Below, piece after piece: positions 35,754 through 48,988 of a stretch of 64,000 nt of DNA. Origin of the DNA: Azolla caroliniana (Eukaryota > Plantae > Polypodiophyta); contig JBHGNT010000022.1 of the NCBI GenBank assembly GCA_043228905.1, positions 1,860,001-1,924,000 on the forward strand, in the 5' to 3' direction. Position numbers and translations under genes: made by a program. The notes beneath the pieces were generated by a model. That model had not been told where the DNA came from and searched no databases. It saw only the letters and a list, made by a program, of their open reading frames with translations. Numbering within the stretch: position 1 is the first letter of the stretch; each line of letters opens with the position of its first letter.

Positions 35754-38700
35754 TGTAGAAAGTAGCGTGCAGAAGCAAGTATGAAGACCGAACAGAAGGA
35801 AGGAAACTCAGGTTCAATGGAGAGCTTAAGCTTACACGGTATACGCAGGAGAGACAGAGAGAGTGAGAGAGAAGAAACAAAAGCTATATTCAATAATAGT
35901 ACTCAGTCTGTACATAAGACGTGCTCAGTGAACACTTTTATACAAGTCCTAGAAGGACTGACCGAAGTACTGACAATACTTCAATGCTCATCAAGAGCTC
36001 CTACACTAACTCCCAAATATATTCCTCACGGAATATCTTTCCTAACGGCCTCCCGGTTTACGCACTCGGCCTAACCGATCGGTCCCAACCGATCCGGTCC
36101 TCGGCTTCTTCAGCCGATCCGGCCGATGTTGAACTTGTCTCTCAACACTCCCCCTCAAGCTCAACTTGAGTCTCTTCGGGATCTTCACAGCATCGGTTCC
36201 TCCTGGCTTCTCGCCTTGCTCACGCTCCTCGACCTGTTTGACTCCGCGCGCTTCGACCCTTCCGGTCGACTTGTCTGCTCATGCGGCCCTTATCAACTCT
36301 TCTGTTGTTGCGGTGTTGACGCTTCTCCTGTTGCCTTTTCTTCCGCTTGGGCCTTGGTTGATTCAACGTATCTGAATCAAACATCCGAACCGACTCGGCT
36401 ATCTCCGATCGGTTTTCGCTCTCGTCCGAGTTGGCTGTCTCCAACTCGTCTTCGGTCTTCTCTCCCTCGATGCCGTCATCTTCCCCATACGTGGTTGGCT
36501 TCGGCTCTCTCCTTTGGTTGCTCCCCTTCTGTCCGCTTCCGGACTTTTCCGCGGGTCCGCCCTCAGCTTCTTCAGCCTATCCGAAATCGAACTTGACAAC
36601 CGAGTCAACACCCGAGTCAACCGACTCGGTGTCGCGGTCTCCGCTCCTTTCCTGCTGCCTTGCTTGGTCGTTTGGGACTGTTCTCCCCCTCAAGATTGGC
36701 ACATCGAGGTGACGCAATCCGAGCACACCGGAGAATTGCCGCAACTTGTCCAGACCAAGAGGCTTGGTGAAGATGTCGGCAGTCTGCCGATCCGTCGGAA
36801 CGTACTGAAGTTCGACTTCACCGGAAAGGACACGCTCACGGACGAAATGGTAGTCCACCTCAATGTGCTTGGTCCGTGCGTGGAAAACAGGGTTTTTCGC
36901 GAGCTGGATGCTGCTGAGGTTGTCGCAGTAGATCGTCGTCGGATCTTACACCTCCGCTTGCAGGTCTTTAAGTAGCCGCTTCAACCATATGGCTTCGCAT
37001 GTCGCGACAGCCGCTCCTCGGTACTCAGCTTCGGTGCTCGACAGTGCAACTCCCGACTGCTTCTTACTGCTCCACGCGATCGCGGCACTCCCGAGGGAGA
37101 ACGCGTATCCAGACGTGGATCGGCGATCGGCGGCATTGCCAGCCCAATCAGCATCGGTGTAGCCGACTAACTGCGCGGCTGCACCGGTCCGATATAGCAG
37201 TCCTCGGTCCTTAGCGCCACTTACGTATCGCAGTACGTGTTGTGCACACTGAAGGTGCTCCTCAGTAGGTCGCGCCATGAACTGAATGATCACCCCGACC
37301 GGATAACTGAGGTCGGGTCGGGTGATGGTCAAGTATATGAGGCTTCCGACAATATGGCGGAACCTCATCGAGTCGCATACCTTTCCCATATCGGGACGAA
37401 GCTTGATGGTTCTGTCCAGAGGAGTCGAGACGGTCTTACAGTCGGCCATCCCGAATTTGAAGAGCATACTCAGCACGTAGTGACGTTGGCTGATCAATAT
37501 GCCTTCGGGGGTACGGATCACTTCGATCCCGAGGAAGTAGTGAAGGTCCCCTAGATCCTTCATGTCGAACGATGCCGCAAGCTGGAGCTTCACGCGGTCG
37601 ATTTCACGGAGGTCGGCGCCGGTGATGACCAAGTCATCCACATATAGTAAAATACTAACCGGTCCGAGTCGACCTTTCCAGATGAACAGGGAAGAGTCCA
37701 ATTTTGATGTGATGAAGCCCATCCGACGCAGTTGTTGCGTGATCTTCGCGTTCCAGGCACGCGGGGCTTGCTTCAGTCCGTAAAGGGACTTCTTCAGTCG
37801 GCATACTGCCGAGGAGTTCGTTCCGGAGTGAAATCCGGGGGGTTGTACCATGTACACTTGTTCCTCAAGGTCACCTTGCAGGAACGCATTCTTTACATCC
37901 ATTTGATGTAAGTGCCACCCCTTGGTCGCAGCTACAGTGAGCAAAACACGGACGGTCGTCATTTTCGCGACCAGTGCAAACGTCTCATCGTAGTCGATGC
38001 CGTGTTTCTGCGCGTAGCCCTTTGCCACTAGCCGAGCCTTGTACCGGTTGACCGAGCCATCGGTGTTGTACTTGACCTTGTACACCCACCTACACCCGAT
38101 TGGTTTTACCCCTCTTGGTGCGTCAACCAAGTCCTAGGTCTCGTTCTCCGCTAATGCGTGCATCTCTTCCTCCATCGCGGCGCGCCAATTCGCATCCTTC
38201 GCCGCTTCTGCATAGCTCTCCGGCTCACGCACTTCCGCTACACGGGTCATGTACGCATAATGATGCGCCATGTACTCGTTGTATTCGAACCACAAAACAG
38301 GATTCTTCTGGCGGGTAGATCGGCGTAATCTCACATTAGCCAATGTCGAGGCCTTCTCAGTCGACGCGGCCTTCACCTTTAAAGACCCGTCACCGGTTCC
38401 CTCGGAGTCGGACTCGCGTCGATCTGACTCGTTCCTATCCGTGCCGGAATCTAACACCTTCTTCTTCCCTTTCTCTTTGCGCGTAAGCTGTCTCCTCGGC
38501 TTCCTGCACGGGGAATGCACGGCCGAGTCTCCACTACTCGCCGGCTCTTCATTGGACTGGTCGTACCGACTCAGTCGTCCAATCGGTCCACTTAACCGGA
38601 GTGAAATCGGACACTCTTCGCAGGTCTCGATTTCGGGCTCATCCGGAGGTATCTCGGCCTCGCTGACCTCATCGTCAGAGCTCGTATTGGAGTCGGGGTT

Positions 38701-41448
38701 CCGAGTCGGGGGCAGGTACCAGGACGCGGACTCGTCAAACACAACGTCGCGGCTGACACGCACTTGTTTGGTGCAAGGGTTATAGCACTTATAACCCTTC
38801 TGCTCGTCCGAGTAACCGACCAAGATGCACTTCTCGGCCTTTGCGTCTAGCTTCCTCCTTTTCTCCTTCGGTACATGCACATACGCAATGCTCCCGAACA
38901 CCCTCAAGTGTCGCAAGTTCGGCTTCGTTCCGAAATATAGCTCGTGCGCCGACATTTTGTCTCCGATCCGGTTCTGGATGTATACTGCGGTCCTTACCGC
39001 CTCGGCCCAGTAGAACTTGGGCAAGCTCTTCTCCTCCAGCATTGCCCGTGCCGCATCCACAACTGACCGATTCTTTCTCTCGGCCACGCCGTTCTGCTCC
39101 GGCGTGTATCTACATCTGAATTCGCGGCGAATTCCCATTTGTTGTAGGTAACCGTTGAATTGACCAAAAAAGTACTCTTTCCCGCCATCCGACCGCAGGC
39201 ATTTGATCTTTCGTCCCGTTTCGGTTTCCACGAACCCTTTGAGGTCCCGGAAACAGTCGAAGACTTCGCTCTTCCTCTCAATGAGGTAGATCCACGTGTG
39301 CCGCGTGTGGTCGTCGATGAAGGAGATGAAATACCGGCTCCCGACAAGACTAATGTTTTGTGCCGGCCCCCACACATCGGAGTGTATAAGGTCGAGCTTG
39401 TTTCGGCTCCGGTTTCGCTCGTTGGGGAAGGAAGTCGGTGTTGCTTCCCGAGCTGGCAGGCTTCACAAATTCATGCCTTTCGGCCACTAAACTTGGGCAA
39501 TCCGAATACTACCTGTTTCGATTGCAGATCTTGAAGCCGTTGGTGGTTGACGTGGCCTATCTGCTTGTGCCACAAGTCGATGTCCGACTCGGTCTTTTGT
39601 CCCTTTGCGAACATTGCGGTGCCGCCGTCAGTGGAGTCGAGGATGAACATCCTCCCGTCTCTGCGCCCTTGCGCAATCACACGGCCTTCTTCCTCAATGA
39701 AGCACCCTAGGTGTGTAAACCGAACCTCCATCCCTTGGTCGACGATTTGTCCGACCGAGACCAAGTTTTTCGTGATTGTCGGGATGTGCAGCACGTTCAT
39801 GAGTTTCCCTTTCTGCCCGACATGGCTAAGGGGAACTTCTCTGACATTCGCGATCGGATGCGGAGAGTCGTCTCCAGTTGCGACTACTCTAGGTTGAATC
39901 GGTTTTTCAAGGTACGAGAACCACTCCTTATGGCTCGTCATGTGGTTTGACGCGCCGGAGTCTACGTACCACACCTCGTCCGATCTCGGGGTGGTCTGTT
40001 TCATTGAGTTTGCTTCGTGTCTCGTCACGAAGGCAGTCCCTTCTCCGGCTCTCCCGGAGTCTTCGGCGTAGTGCGATCGCTGCCGATTTCCCTTGTCAGT
40101 ATGTCTGGAGCCGTTCCCGTTCCCGGTTCTCTCCGAATCGGCGCACTTCTTCTAGCACTCACTTTCCCTATGGCCTTTCTTGCCACAGTACCAGCACTCA
40201 GCGATGGCCTTCCCTTGCCGGTTCTCATCGCTTCGACTCCCCCTGTTTCCGGAGGGTCCGGAGTTGCTGTCGGCATCACTTCGGTGCCATCTTCCTTGAT
40301 CTCGTCGGTCGCTTCCATTGCGTACCGACTCGCCTCGTCCGCCACGACCACGGGGCCTTTCTCCCTCCGTGTACAACATCTTGCTGTCGGTGTGCGTGCT
40401 CGTCCACGCACCCACGTGGTTCTCCTCTACCAGGAGCATCGACTGTAAGTCGAAAATGCACGGCGTATTCTCCCGGGTACACACAGCCATTTGGAACGCT
40501 CCGAACTTCGACGCCAAACCTCTGAGACAAATCTGGACCATCTCGCTCTCCTCGATGTTCACATCTATGGAGGCGAGGGAGTCGCAGATATCCTTGATCT
40601 TCGAGGTATAGTCCGCCACCAACATGTCGCGTTGTTGTAGGTTGCTCAACTCCTGTCGGAGCTGAAGCTTCCTGGCTGTGGTGCTCGCGGCGAAAATCTT
40701 CCTCAAATTTTTCCACGCACCCTTCGGCGTCTTTGCATCCCGAACATAGCTCAATAGCTGTTCGCCCACACACGACGCGAAGCAGTACAATACCCTGCTC
40801 GCCGATTGCTCCCACGATGGGAAGTCTCTGTGTGTCGATTCGGGTGCCGCGTCATTAGCTCCTTCGACATAACTCCAGTAGCCGTGCTCGAGCAGGTACT
40901 GGTGCATCTTGTAGGACCAAGACGCGTAGTTGGTTCTGTCGAGCTTCTCTATTGGAAGCGAGCTCGCCATGCCTCTATCCATCGTTCTTCTCATTCTTCT
41001 TCGTCAAGCTGTGTCGGCTGCAGAGAGGTTCTCAACCCTCGCGCTCTGATACCATGTAGAAAGTAGCGTGCGGAAGCAAGTATGAAGACCGAACAGAAGG
41101 AAGGAAACTCAGGTTCAATGGAGAGCTTAAGCTTACACGGTATACGCAGGAGAGACAGAGAGAGTGAGAGAGAAGACACAAAAACTATATTCAATAATAG
41201 TACTCAGTCTGTACATAAGATGTGCTCAGTGAACACTTTTATACAAGTCCTAGAAGGACTGACCGAAGTACTGACACTACTTCAATGCTCATCAAGAGCT
41301 CCTACACTAACTCCCAAATATATTCCTCACGGAATATCTTTCCTAACGACCTCCCGGTTTACGCACTCGGCCTACCCAATCGGTTCCAACCGATCCGGTC
41401 CTCGGCTTCTTCAGCCGATCCGGCCGATGTTGAGCTTGTCTCTCAACA
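35754..41448 (-). mobile_element. Ty1/copia element C, full length, a few stops and frameshifts
   Basis: 394-bp LTRs 35754-36147 and 41055-41448; TSD AAACC; iMet PBS 41043-41054; PPT next to 36148; gag 40152-40994, PR, INT 38134-39375, RT (YVDD) and RNase H 36577-38130. Confidence 0.97.
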
Positions 41449-42699
41449 AAACCAATATGATGGCCTCAAGGGCGACTCCGATAGAGTTGAAAGACAACGA
41501 CTAGCGTTCATCCAACAATGGTCGACCTCCCCCTTTATTGAGTCGATGGGCATCCACATAAGATGGACCTATCGCGTCCCTACAGGGATTTGTATATATT
41601 AATCTCATATGTAAAATTTTATAACTAATGGAAGGAGTTTGTTTTGGAAATAAAAAACAAACAAAGAGGGCCTACTAGGTGTTCTATTTTTCTTATGTAG
41701 GGTAAGCATTTGTTTAAGTTGCGTCATGCGTAGTAATTGTTTTCCATGAAAATTAGGATTTTCAAGGTGTATTGTTCTTTTATTTAAAATCTATGAAAGA
41801 AAAGAAAGATAAGTTTTTTGAGGTGAATGCAATGTTGACTTCACAATTATTTGTGTTTATCACCAAGAAGTCACCCTCTCACAAGTCTTACTTTGTCTTG
41901 AAAACAATGAATTTGGATGCATTCTTGTAAATACTTTTTCCATGACACAATTGAATGTTGTGAAAAAATATTTGTTTGTTGAATATGATATCATATCAAG
42001 TTCTTTGTAGTTTTATGGATAAAAAACAAACTATATATAGTTTATTTACTAAGCTCAATTGAGTGTTCATTTAATCATATTTTCTTTTATTTAATGTATC
42101 TGTGTGATGTTTTGCCTAAATAATTTCTCATGGAGGGTTATATCGTATTAACATTTTCTTATCACCCATTTCTTCCTTCACGTGATATGTTTGGGTAGAA
42201 ATATTGTAAATTAACGAATACCTACAAAAAAATTGTAATCGAGTGTGATGGATTTTGCTTAGCAAATAGAAAAGTAGAAATAAACGAAATATAAGAACCA
42301 GTGGAATGAAGAGCCAATATAGAAAGCATACAAAGTGTTGGGCCCCCTGACAATGAAGGTTACGAATATATCTAGATGACATCTAGCTCAAAATTTCGAT
42401 CTTGTGTTCGAGAATTCAAAAGAACATCAGTTGAAATAGGGATGGTCAAATTTGAAACTCAAGAATTAGATATTTGGGAAAGGATTACTAGTTCACAATT
42501 GATGTGCTCATGTACTAGTTAAATAAGGAGACATTTTACAAACCAATACAAGAGAAACATCAAAGCTATAGCACTTGTTTGGGAAAACAACATGATACAT
42601 AGTGTTCTTCTTAATAGACATTGTAAGTGGTTTTTCTATCACATCGATTTGATTTTGAATGTTTGATTCATGCTCGAATAACCATTCATGTCCGTTACT

Positions 42700-43700
42700 T
42701 TCTAAACATAGTGTTATATACTTTACTTTAGTGTTATATACAAATCACTATAGGGACACGATAGTACCATCTTATGTGGATACCCACTAACTCAAGAAAG
42801 GGAGTGGACGACTATTGTCGAATGAAGGCTAGTCGTTGTCTTTTAACTCCATCAGATTCACCCATGAGGCCATCGTATTAGCTCTTTAGAGTGGCTACAA
42901 CTTCACTCCATATCTCTTGCATTAACATTATTGGATGCACAATTTGGTTGGAGAAGATCAGTCTACACCATTGTTTCCATAGAATCTAAAGGGTTATTAG
43001 GCTAACAAAATCCAACAAAACTTGAGATTTGGCATTAATAGGCGTTGAGTGGATATTGTCGATGGTGGGAAAAAAAACTCTTGTGCTTTTATCACCAAAG
43101 TCATACCCTCTTCCTGATGTTTGTACTTGTCAATTAGAGCCTATCATGATAACGAACAAACATTTCCCCACTTGATTGTGCCTTGGACTTGGCATAATTG
43201 CAATAAGCGGTCAACCCCCCACCAAATTTGATGGGTCTCTAGGCAATCCCACACAGTGTGTCGGATTGATTCTGTTGCATTTGGGCACACTACACAATGA
43301 GGAGAGCTAAGGTTCCCACACTGTCACACTCCAGCTAGTACTGACTTATGTATTAATAGCCATTGGAATGTGGTGATTCGCCTAGGTTGTTGTTCTTTCC
43401 AGATTTGCTACCAAACCTTAGTGATAATTGTATGAGGAACATTATATGTGCCATACCTTTGCAGTGGCCAGCTTTCGGGCGGTTTGAGCGGCTAAAATGT
43501 CGCGACCCAATTTTGTCATGAATTGGAAGAAAAGGATGGATTCGCTTCATTGACCCGCATAAGGATCGTGCCACGTCCATTGCAAAGGGTCCCAACTAAC
43601 CTTACGTAGCCATGTGTTTTCATGAGTACATATGTGCCATTCTAGTTGTACTTTGATTGGATTGGGATCTACAATCCATTTATGACCAGTGTATGTAAGT
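42700..43700 (-). pseudogene. Second, degenerate LINE ORF2 3' remnant, inverted relative to the first
   Basis: Reverse complement matches 2717-2852, 35098-35753 and 41454-41600; boundaries approximate. Confidence 0.75.
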
Positions 43701-44934
43701 ATTTGAATTGCCATACTTAATGTTGGTGTCTCATTGTCTCACAATTCATGGCTTTCAATCTTGTCCAGTGTTTCCCTACATCTTGGGATCAAAGATCCCT
43801 CCTCCTCGTAGCCTATCCACTTCTCCATTGTTGTCCTTTGATATTTTGCTTCTGGAAATGGTACCTTTATTTCTCTCTATCTCTTTCTATTTCCATCTCT
43901 CCAATTATTAAGACAATCTTTCTCTCTCTCTCTCTCTCATCTACATATCTATCTACCTCTTTCTCTAAGTTTTTTTAGGGTTATAGTACCTTTCTCTTAT
44001 TCTCTCTCTTTTTTGGTAACTTTTTCTCTCTTTCTTGGTGCTTTTTCTCTTAGCCCTTTTCTCTCTCTCTCTAAATAGTAGCTTTTTTGTCTCAATGATA
44101 ACATTTCTTCTCTCTCTCTCTCTCTCTCTCTCTCATTGAAAATATATAAATGACTTACCTAGCTTAACAAGTTTGAGCCGATTAACAAGGCTAAAGCTAA
44201 CAAATTCCAACACCCTTTACAAGTTCCTATATTTGGTCTTAGGATTATTGTACATAAAAAGTTGTAAGCTTTTGGAAAGATAAATTTAAGTTGTATCTTT
44301 CGGGAGTTTTTTTACTATTAAAGAAAATCTTTCTAAAGAAAAGGAAGGCTCAAACCAAACCAACTTCAAACGAGGTACGAAACCTCAAGCTTAAACCATT
44401 TACCAATAGTTTAACAGCTCGATTTAGGCATCAACCAAATCATCAACTTCTAATCTAGGACAACAATTTTTTAATGATACCCCTACGCATTTCCCCTTAT
44501 TCCCCCCTAATAACCCCCACAACGTTTCCCTATTTCCAAACTATAGCCCTCCCCCTTTTCATGCATTTCCTACACATACACCCCCCTTCCCTTCTTTACA
44601 CATTACTCCCCTTCCACTTCTAGTAGATTTCAATATTCTACCCCACACGTATATGAAATCCCTCGTAGAAAACAACCTATCCGTACTCACAATAATCGCC
44701 CCCTTCCCACGAAACTACAAACTTTCCCATTTAATAATGTTAGGACAAAAAACATGTAGCTAGGCGTGCCAAACGGGATAGTAAACAGTTTCAGCACGCC
44801 ATACATCTTGCTAAACGTCTCTTTTACCTTCTTGATAGACCTACTTCTACTTTAGATACTTTCATGTGGTTAGGACATCATACATCTAATTTTCCCTTCT
44901 CCCCATTTGTGAAAAAGACCCATAGTAGAAAACC

Positions 44935-47195
44935 CCGTAATAAATTTTAGACGCCTCTCCTTAATAAACCTACAATTAGTAGTAGGATCCACAACCACTC
45001 CTTAGCCTAGGTTTGAAACACATCCTCCCATCTTCTCCACCATCATCCCCTACCCTACTTAAAGAATTTGATGGCCTAAGTAGGACCCTTTTACTTAAAC
45101 ATTTTTTCAAAGATGTGGATAATTCACCCCAAAATCCCTTTAAGCTACCTAACACTAGTTGGCAACCTCCTACTAAGTACACTCCCCTAGAAAACATTAT
45201 AGCTAAACACCAAACTATCTTTAGGGACACACTTCATACACTCAAATTCAAACCCACTAGGATTGCACCTCACTTATCACTAGCCTTACAATCTCTTAAG
45301 AAAAACAACAAAATCCTAATCCTACCTGCCGACAAAAATGTTGGAATGTGTGTTCTTGACAAGGACACATACTATAACAAAGCTATAGAACACCTTTTCG
45401 ATACTAATACATATAAAACAGTCTCCCACTATCCACTTGAGGAGTTATCCTATAGATTGAAAAGCATTGTTAATAACCCTCAAAAGGGTACCAAGTATGC
45501 AATATCTATTTCCTCCCAAAACTCCATAAGAACCCAATAGGTTTTAGACCTATTTGCTCATACAATAACCCCCTTTTTGAACAAACATCAAAATGGCTTC
45601 ACCACCAACTCATGCCCATCCTTCTCCTTCAGAAACAATATTTGAAAGACTCAAATTCCCTTGTGACCCAAACTTTAGAACATCTCAACCCACCCCCTAA
45701 TAGCTTTATCTTTACCTTTGATGTTGAATCTTTATATCCTAACATACCCCCTAAGTTAGGACTTGTAGCTTTACGAAAAATGATTACCCCACATTTTTCA
45801 ACTTCTAAAACTAACCTTATCTATACACTTAGTGCAGTCACGTTAGAATATCACTTTCTATCCTTTGATAACATGATCTATCAAAAAGTCAAGGGTACGA
45901 CAATGGGCCCCCTAATAGCTTTATCTTTACCTTTTACGAAAAATGATTACCCCACATTTTTCAACTTCTAAAACTAACCTTATCTATACACTTAGTGCAG
46001 TCACGTTAGAATATCACTTTCTATCCTTTGATAACATGATCTATCAAAAAGTCAAGGGTACGACAATGGGCCCCCTAATAGCTTTATCTTTACCTTTGAT
46101 GTTGAATCTTTATATCCTAACATACCCCCTAAGTTAGGACTTGTAGCTTTACGAAAAATGATTACCCCACATTTTTCAACTTCTAAAACTAACCTTATCT
46201 ATACACTTAGTGCAGTCACGTTAGAATATCACTTTCTATCCTTTGATAACATGATCTATCAAAAAGTCAAGGGTACGACAATGGGTAGTAATTTTTCTGT
46301 AGTTTATGGATGCCTATTCTTAGCTCACTTAGAGAACTCCCAACCATCACACCCTAATCTTTTCTATTTCACTAGATATATAGATGATGGATTCGGGATA
46401 TGGATGGGTACTAATCTCGAATTAGAAAATTACCTCCAATTCTATAACACCTCCACTAATAATTGCATCAAAATTACCATCACCACTTCTCCCTTTAGAT
46501 TACCGTTCTTAGATTTATGGATTAACCTAAAGAATTCACATTTCTCCTTTAATTGCTACTAAAAGCCCCAAAATGCCTACCAGAATCTCTCATTCTTGTC
46601 AGTTCACCCCCTTCACTTAAAACGTCATTTTATTATTAATGAACTAAAACGATACCTAATTAGAGAAAGTACCCCCTTAGGTTTCCTTCAAATGAAAAAA
46701 CTATTTTTTAGTAGATTAGTTAAGAGAGGATATCCCCTTTCTTTTATATTAGAGAATTATAAAAAGGTCTTCTTTAGCACTAGGAAATCGCTAGTATTTA
46801 GTAGAAAACCTAAAAGTACCCTTATACTTGTCATCGTCAAACTTAGGTATACGAAAGATACCCCTAGGTTAGGAATTCACAACATGCTAGAAAACCTCCA
46901 CGCAGATTTAGCCACACATCCCCAACTATCCGAACTACCGCGACCCTTCATATGTTGGACTAAGTTTAAGTCCATTCATTCCCTTCTTATCAAAACTAAA
47001 TATAAATCCATAAATACTCCCACTTAATACTATATTCTTTTTATATCCCACCCTTATAATCCCTCTCTTCTTAGAGCCCACCCTCACCTATCACTTATCA
47101 TATACATACATATAACCCCCCTCTAGCCCACTTTCACTTATTAATCCTTTGCCTATCACGATTCCCCGTTTCCCTCTCTCCCCTCATTAAACTCC

Positions 47196-47242
<47 letters not shown>

Positions 47243-47330
47243 CCCTATATAAACCTACCCTCTTGTAGTAAATGACCTTGGCACTAATGAGCTCTACCTA
47301 GAGCGAAACTAGTTTGCACAAGGTCTTTCT
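44935..47330 (+). mobile_element. Penelope-like element: degenerate RT ORF, no GIY-YIG seen, 3' hammerhead
   Basis: LLSLGLKHI, ILPADKNVG, FDVESLYPNIP, KGTTMGSNFS, RYIDDGFGIW, LPFLDL and HP..KRHFIINELKRY are PLE-type RT/thumb motifs; ORF stops at 47027; 5' boundary uncertain. Confidence 0.85.
47274..47325 (+). ncRNA. Minimal type I hammerhead ribozyme with a variant core
   Basis: Stem I GACCTTG-GCA/TGC-A-CAAGGTC; core CTAATGA (canonical CTGATGA); stem II GCTCT-ACCT-AGAGC; GAAA; palindromic stem III ACTAGT; predicted cleavage after GTT at 47314. Confidence 0.85.
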
Positions 47331-47638
47331 AATGAAATTTTCTTAAGCTTTTCTTTTTTTCTCACTCACTCTTCTCTTCTTCTTTCATCTCATTCTCTCC
47401 TTCTCTTTTACTCTTGTTCACCTCTAATCCTACTCACCTTAGTTTCACTTGTATCATTGCTTTATTTTTTTTCTTACTCTTCCCATATCATCTTAATAGT
47501 TGTGCTAGTTTGCTCGCACTCCTTGTCACGACGCTACGGTCACAACAAGAATTACCATAAGACCATACCCTAACACACCCTCCACCCCCCCAAACCCCAT
47601 GTAATTTTTTTTCCAATGATAATGACATGTTTTAGTTA

Positions 47639-47700
<62 letters not shown>

Positions 47701-48988
47701 CCTTTTAATTAGTTTTTAATTAGTATGTTAATCCCCTCGTCTCCCCTTACTCCCCTTACCCCTCTTTTTAATGTTTAACTATTTTTTTAAACTCATGTTT
47801 TATTCTTAATCTTGGACTTAATTATGTTTTAATGTTTTAATCTCTCTCTCTCTCTCCCTCTCTCACCCACTACCCTCCCTTTACCTTTTTTTTTGGTTTA
47901 TGTTTTTAGTTTTATGATTACGTTTCTAGTATTTTTAGGGTTAGTTTTATGTGTTAATCGTTTAGCCTTAGCATGTTAATCCTCTCCCTCTCGGTTTTTT
48001 AATTATGTTCTTTAATCCCGTTTTTTAATTATGTTCTTTAATCTCGTTTTTTTATTTAAATCCTAAACTTAATCTCCTATCCCCACTCCCGCCTTCCTCC
48101 TCTACACCTAGCACTTTCACGATTCGGGTGCGCTCCAATCGACCTTGGTGTTCCTCCTCTCCGACATCTTCTCTAACCTCTACTTGCCGATGACCCCCCA
48201 TTTCACACTCCTTGTTCCGACCGCAAGGTCTATAACTATGACTATCATTTATATTACTTTACCTTTCCATAAACATCATTATATATTAAACAATACCTTT
48301 TGCCTTTCGAAAATTGTACAATACACTCTTTCTTCGAGGAATTACTACAAGACAAAAACTCCATGTCATATTTTAATTAGAATGCACATTACTTTTTCCG
48401 AGAGTGTTCCTCGATGTCTTTGCTTTCTTTCTTCTTCGAGGATCACTACACGAATTTATATACTCATTGCAGTAAATATGGGTCGATTGTTTGGGAAATG
48501 GTTTTTTGTTAATCGTACCTCCTGTAAAGCATACTATGAAGTTTGAACCATACATACCATACTTGCATTCGATTCGAGTATGGTAAATGCCATAATTTTG
48601 TATTCATTATTTACTATAAGGTAAAACTTGTTTTTAAGATAAAAAACTGAGAAAACAAAATAAAAAACGTCAAATAAAAACATAAAGCATGTTTTCATAA
48701 CATACACATTTGGTTGCAAACGTATGAAAACAAATGTTTGGGCAAAAGAATGCAAATATTACGTTCTATGCTCTAAAGTATTCACATATTTGAATCTTGA
48801 ATGAACATGCAAATTTTGAAATATCCAGAAGCCTTTCTGTGAGAATGGTAAGTAACTTTCTCCCTTGACAAAGGAACTTATAGAGGGAGGAGGGGACACA
48901 AATAACACTCTTTATTTCTAGAATCAACAACCAACACTTACATATGGAACGAGATATATATATTAGAGAGGTTCATATGGCTATTTCT

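Larger units (their letters stand above)
2717..41670 (+). pseudogene. L1-type LINE ORF2 3' remnant in three pieces (2717-2852, 35098-35753, 41449-~41670), split by copias B and C
   Basis: Pieces rejoin across TSDs CTTTC and AAACC; zf-RVT-like CVACPNAIESIRHALWDC in ORF 35140-35502; colinear with the inverted copy at ~42.7-43.7 kb. Confidence 0.8.

Noticed and set aside
41670-42700. Host gene or inverted-repeat element between the two LINE remnants
   Set aside because: AT-rich with no credible ORF or termini; the inverted similarity is explained by two diverged tail-to-tail LINE copies
44649-44760. VYEIP as the start of a GIY-YIG endonuclease
   Set aside because: No following YIG/YVG motif or conserved Arg/Glu; probably chance
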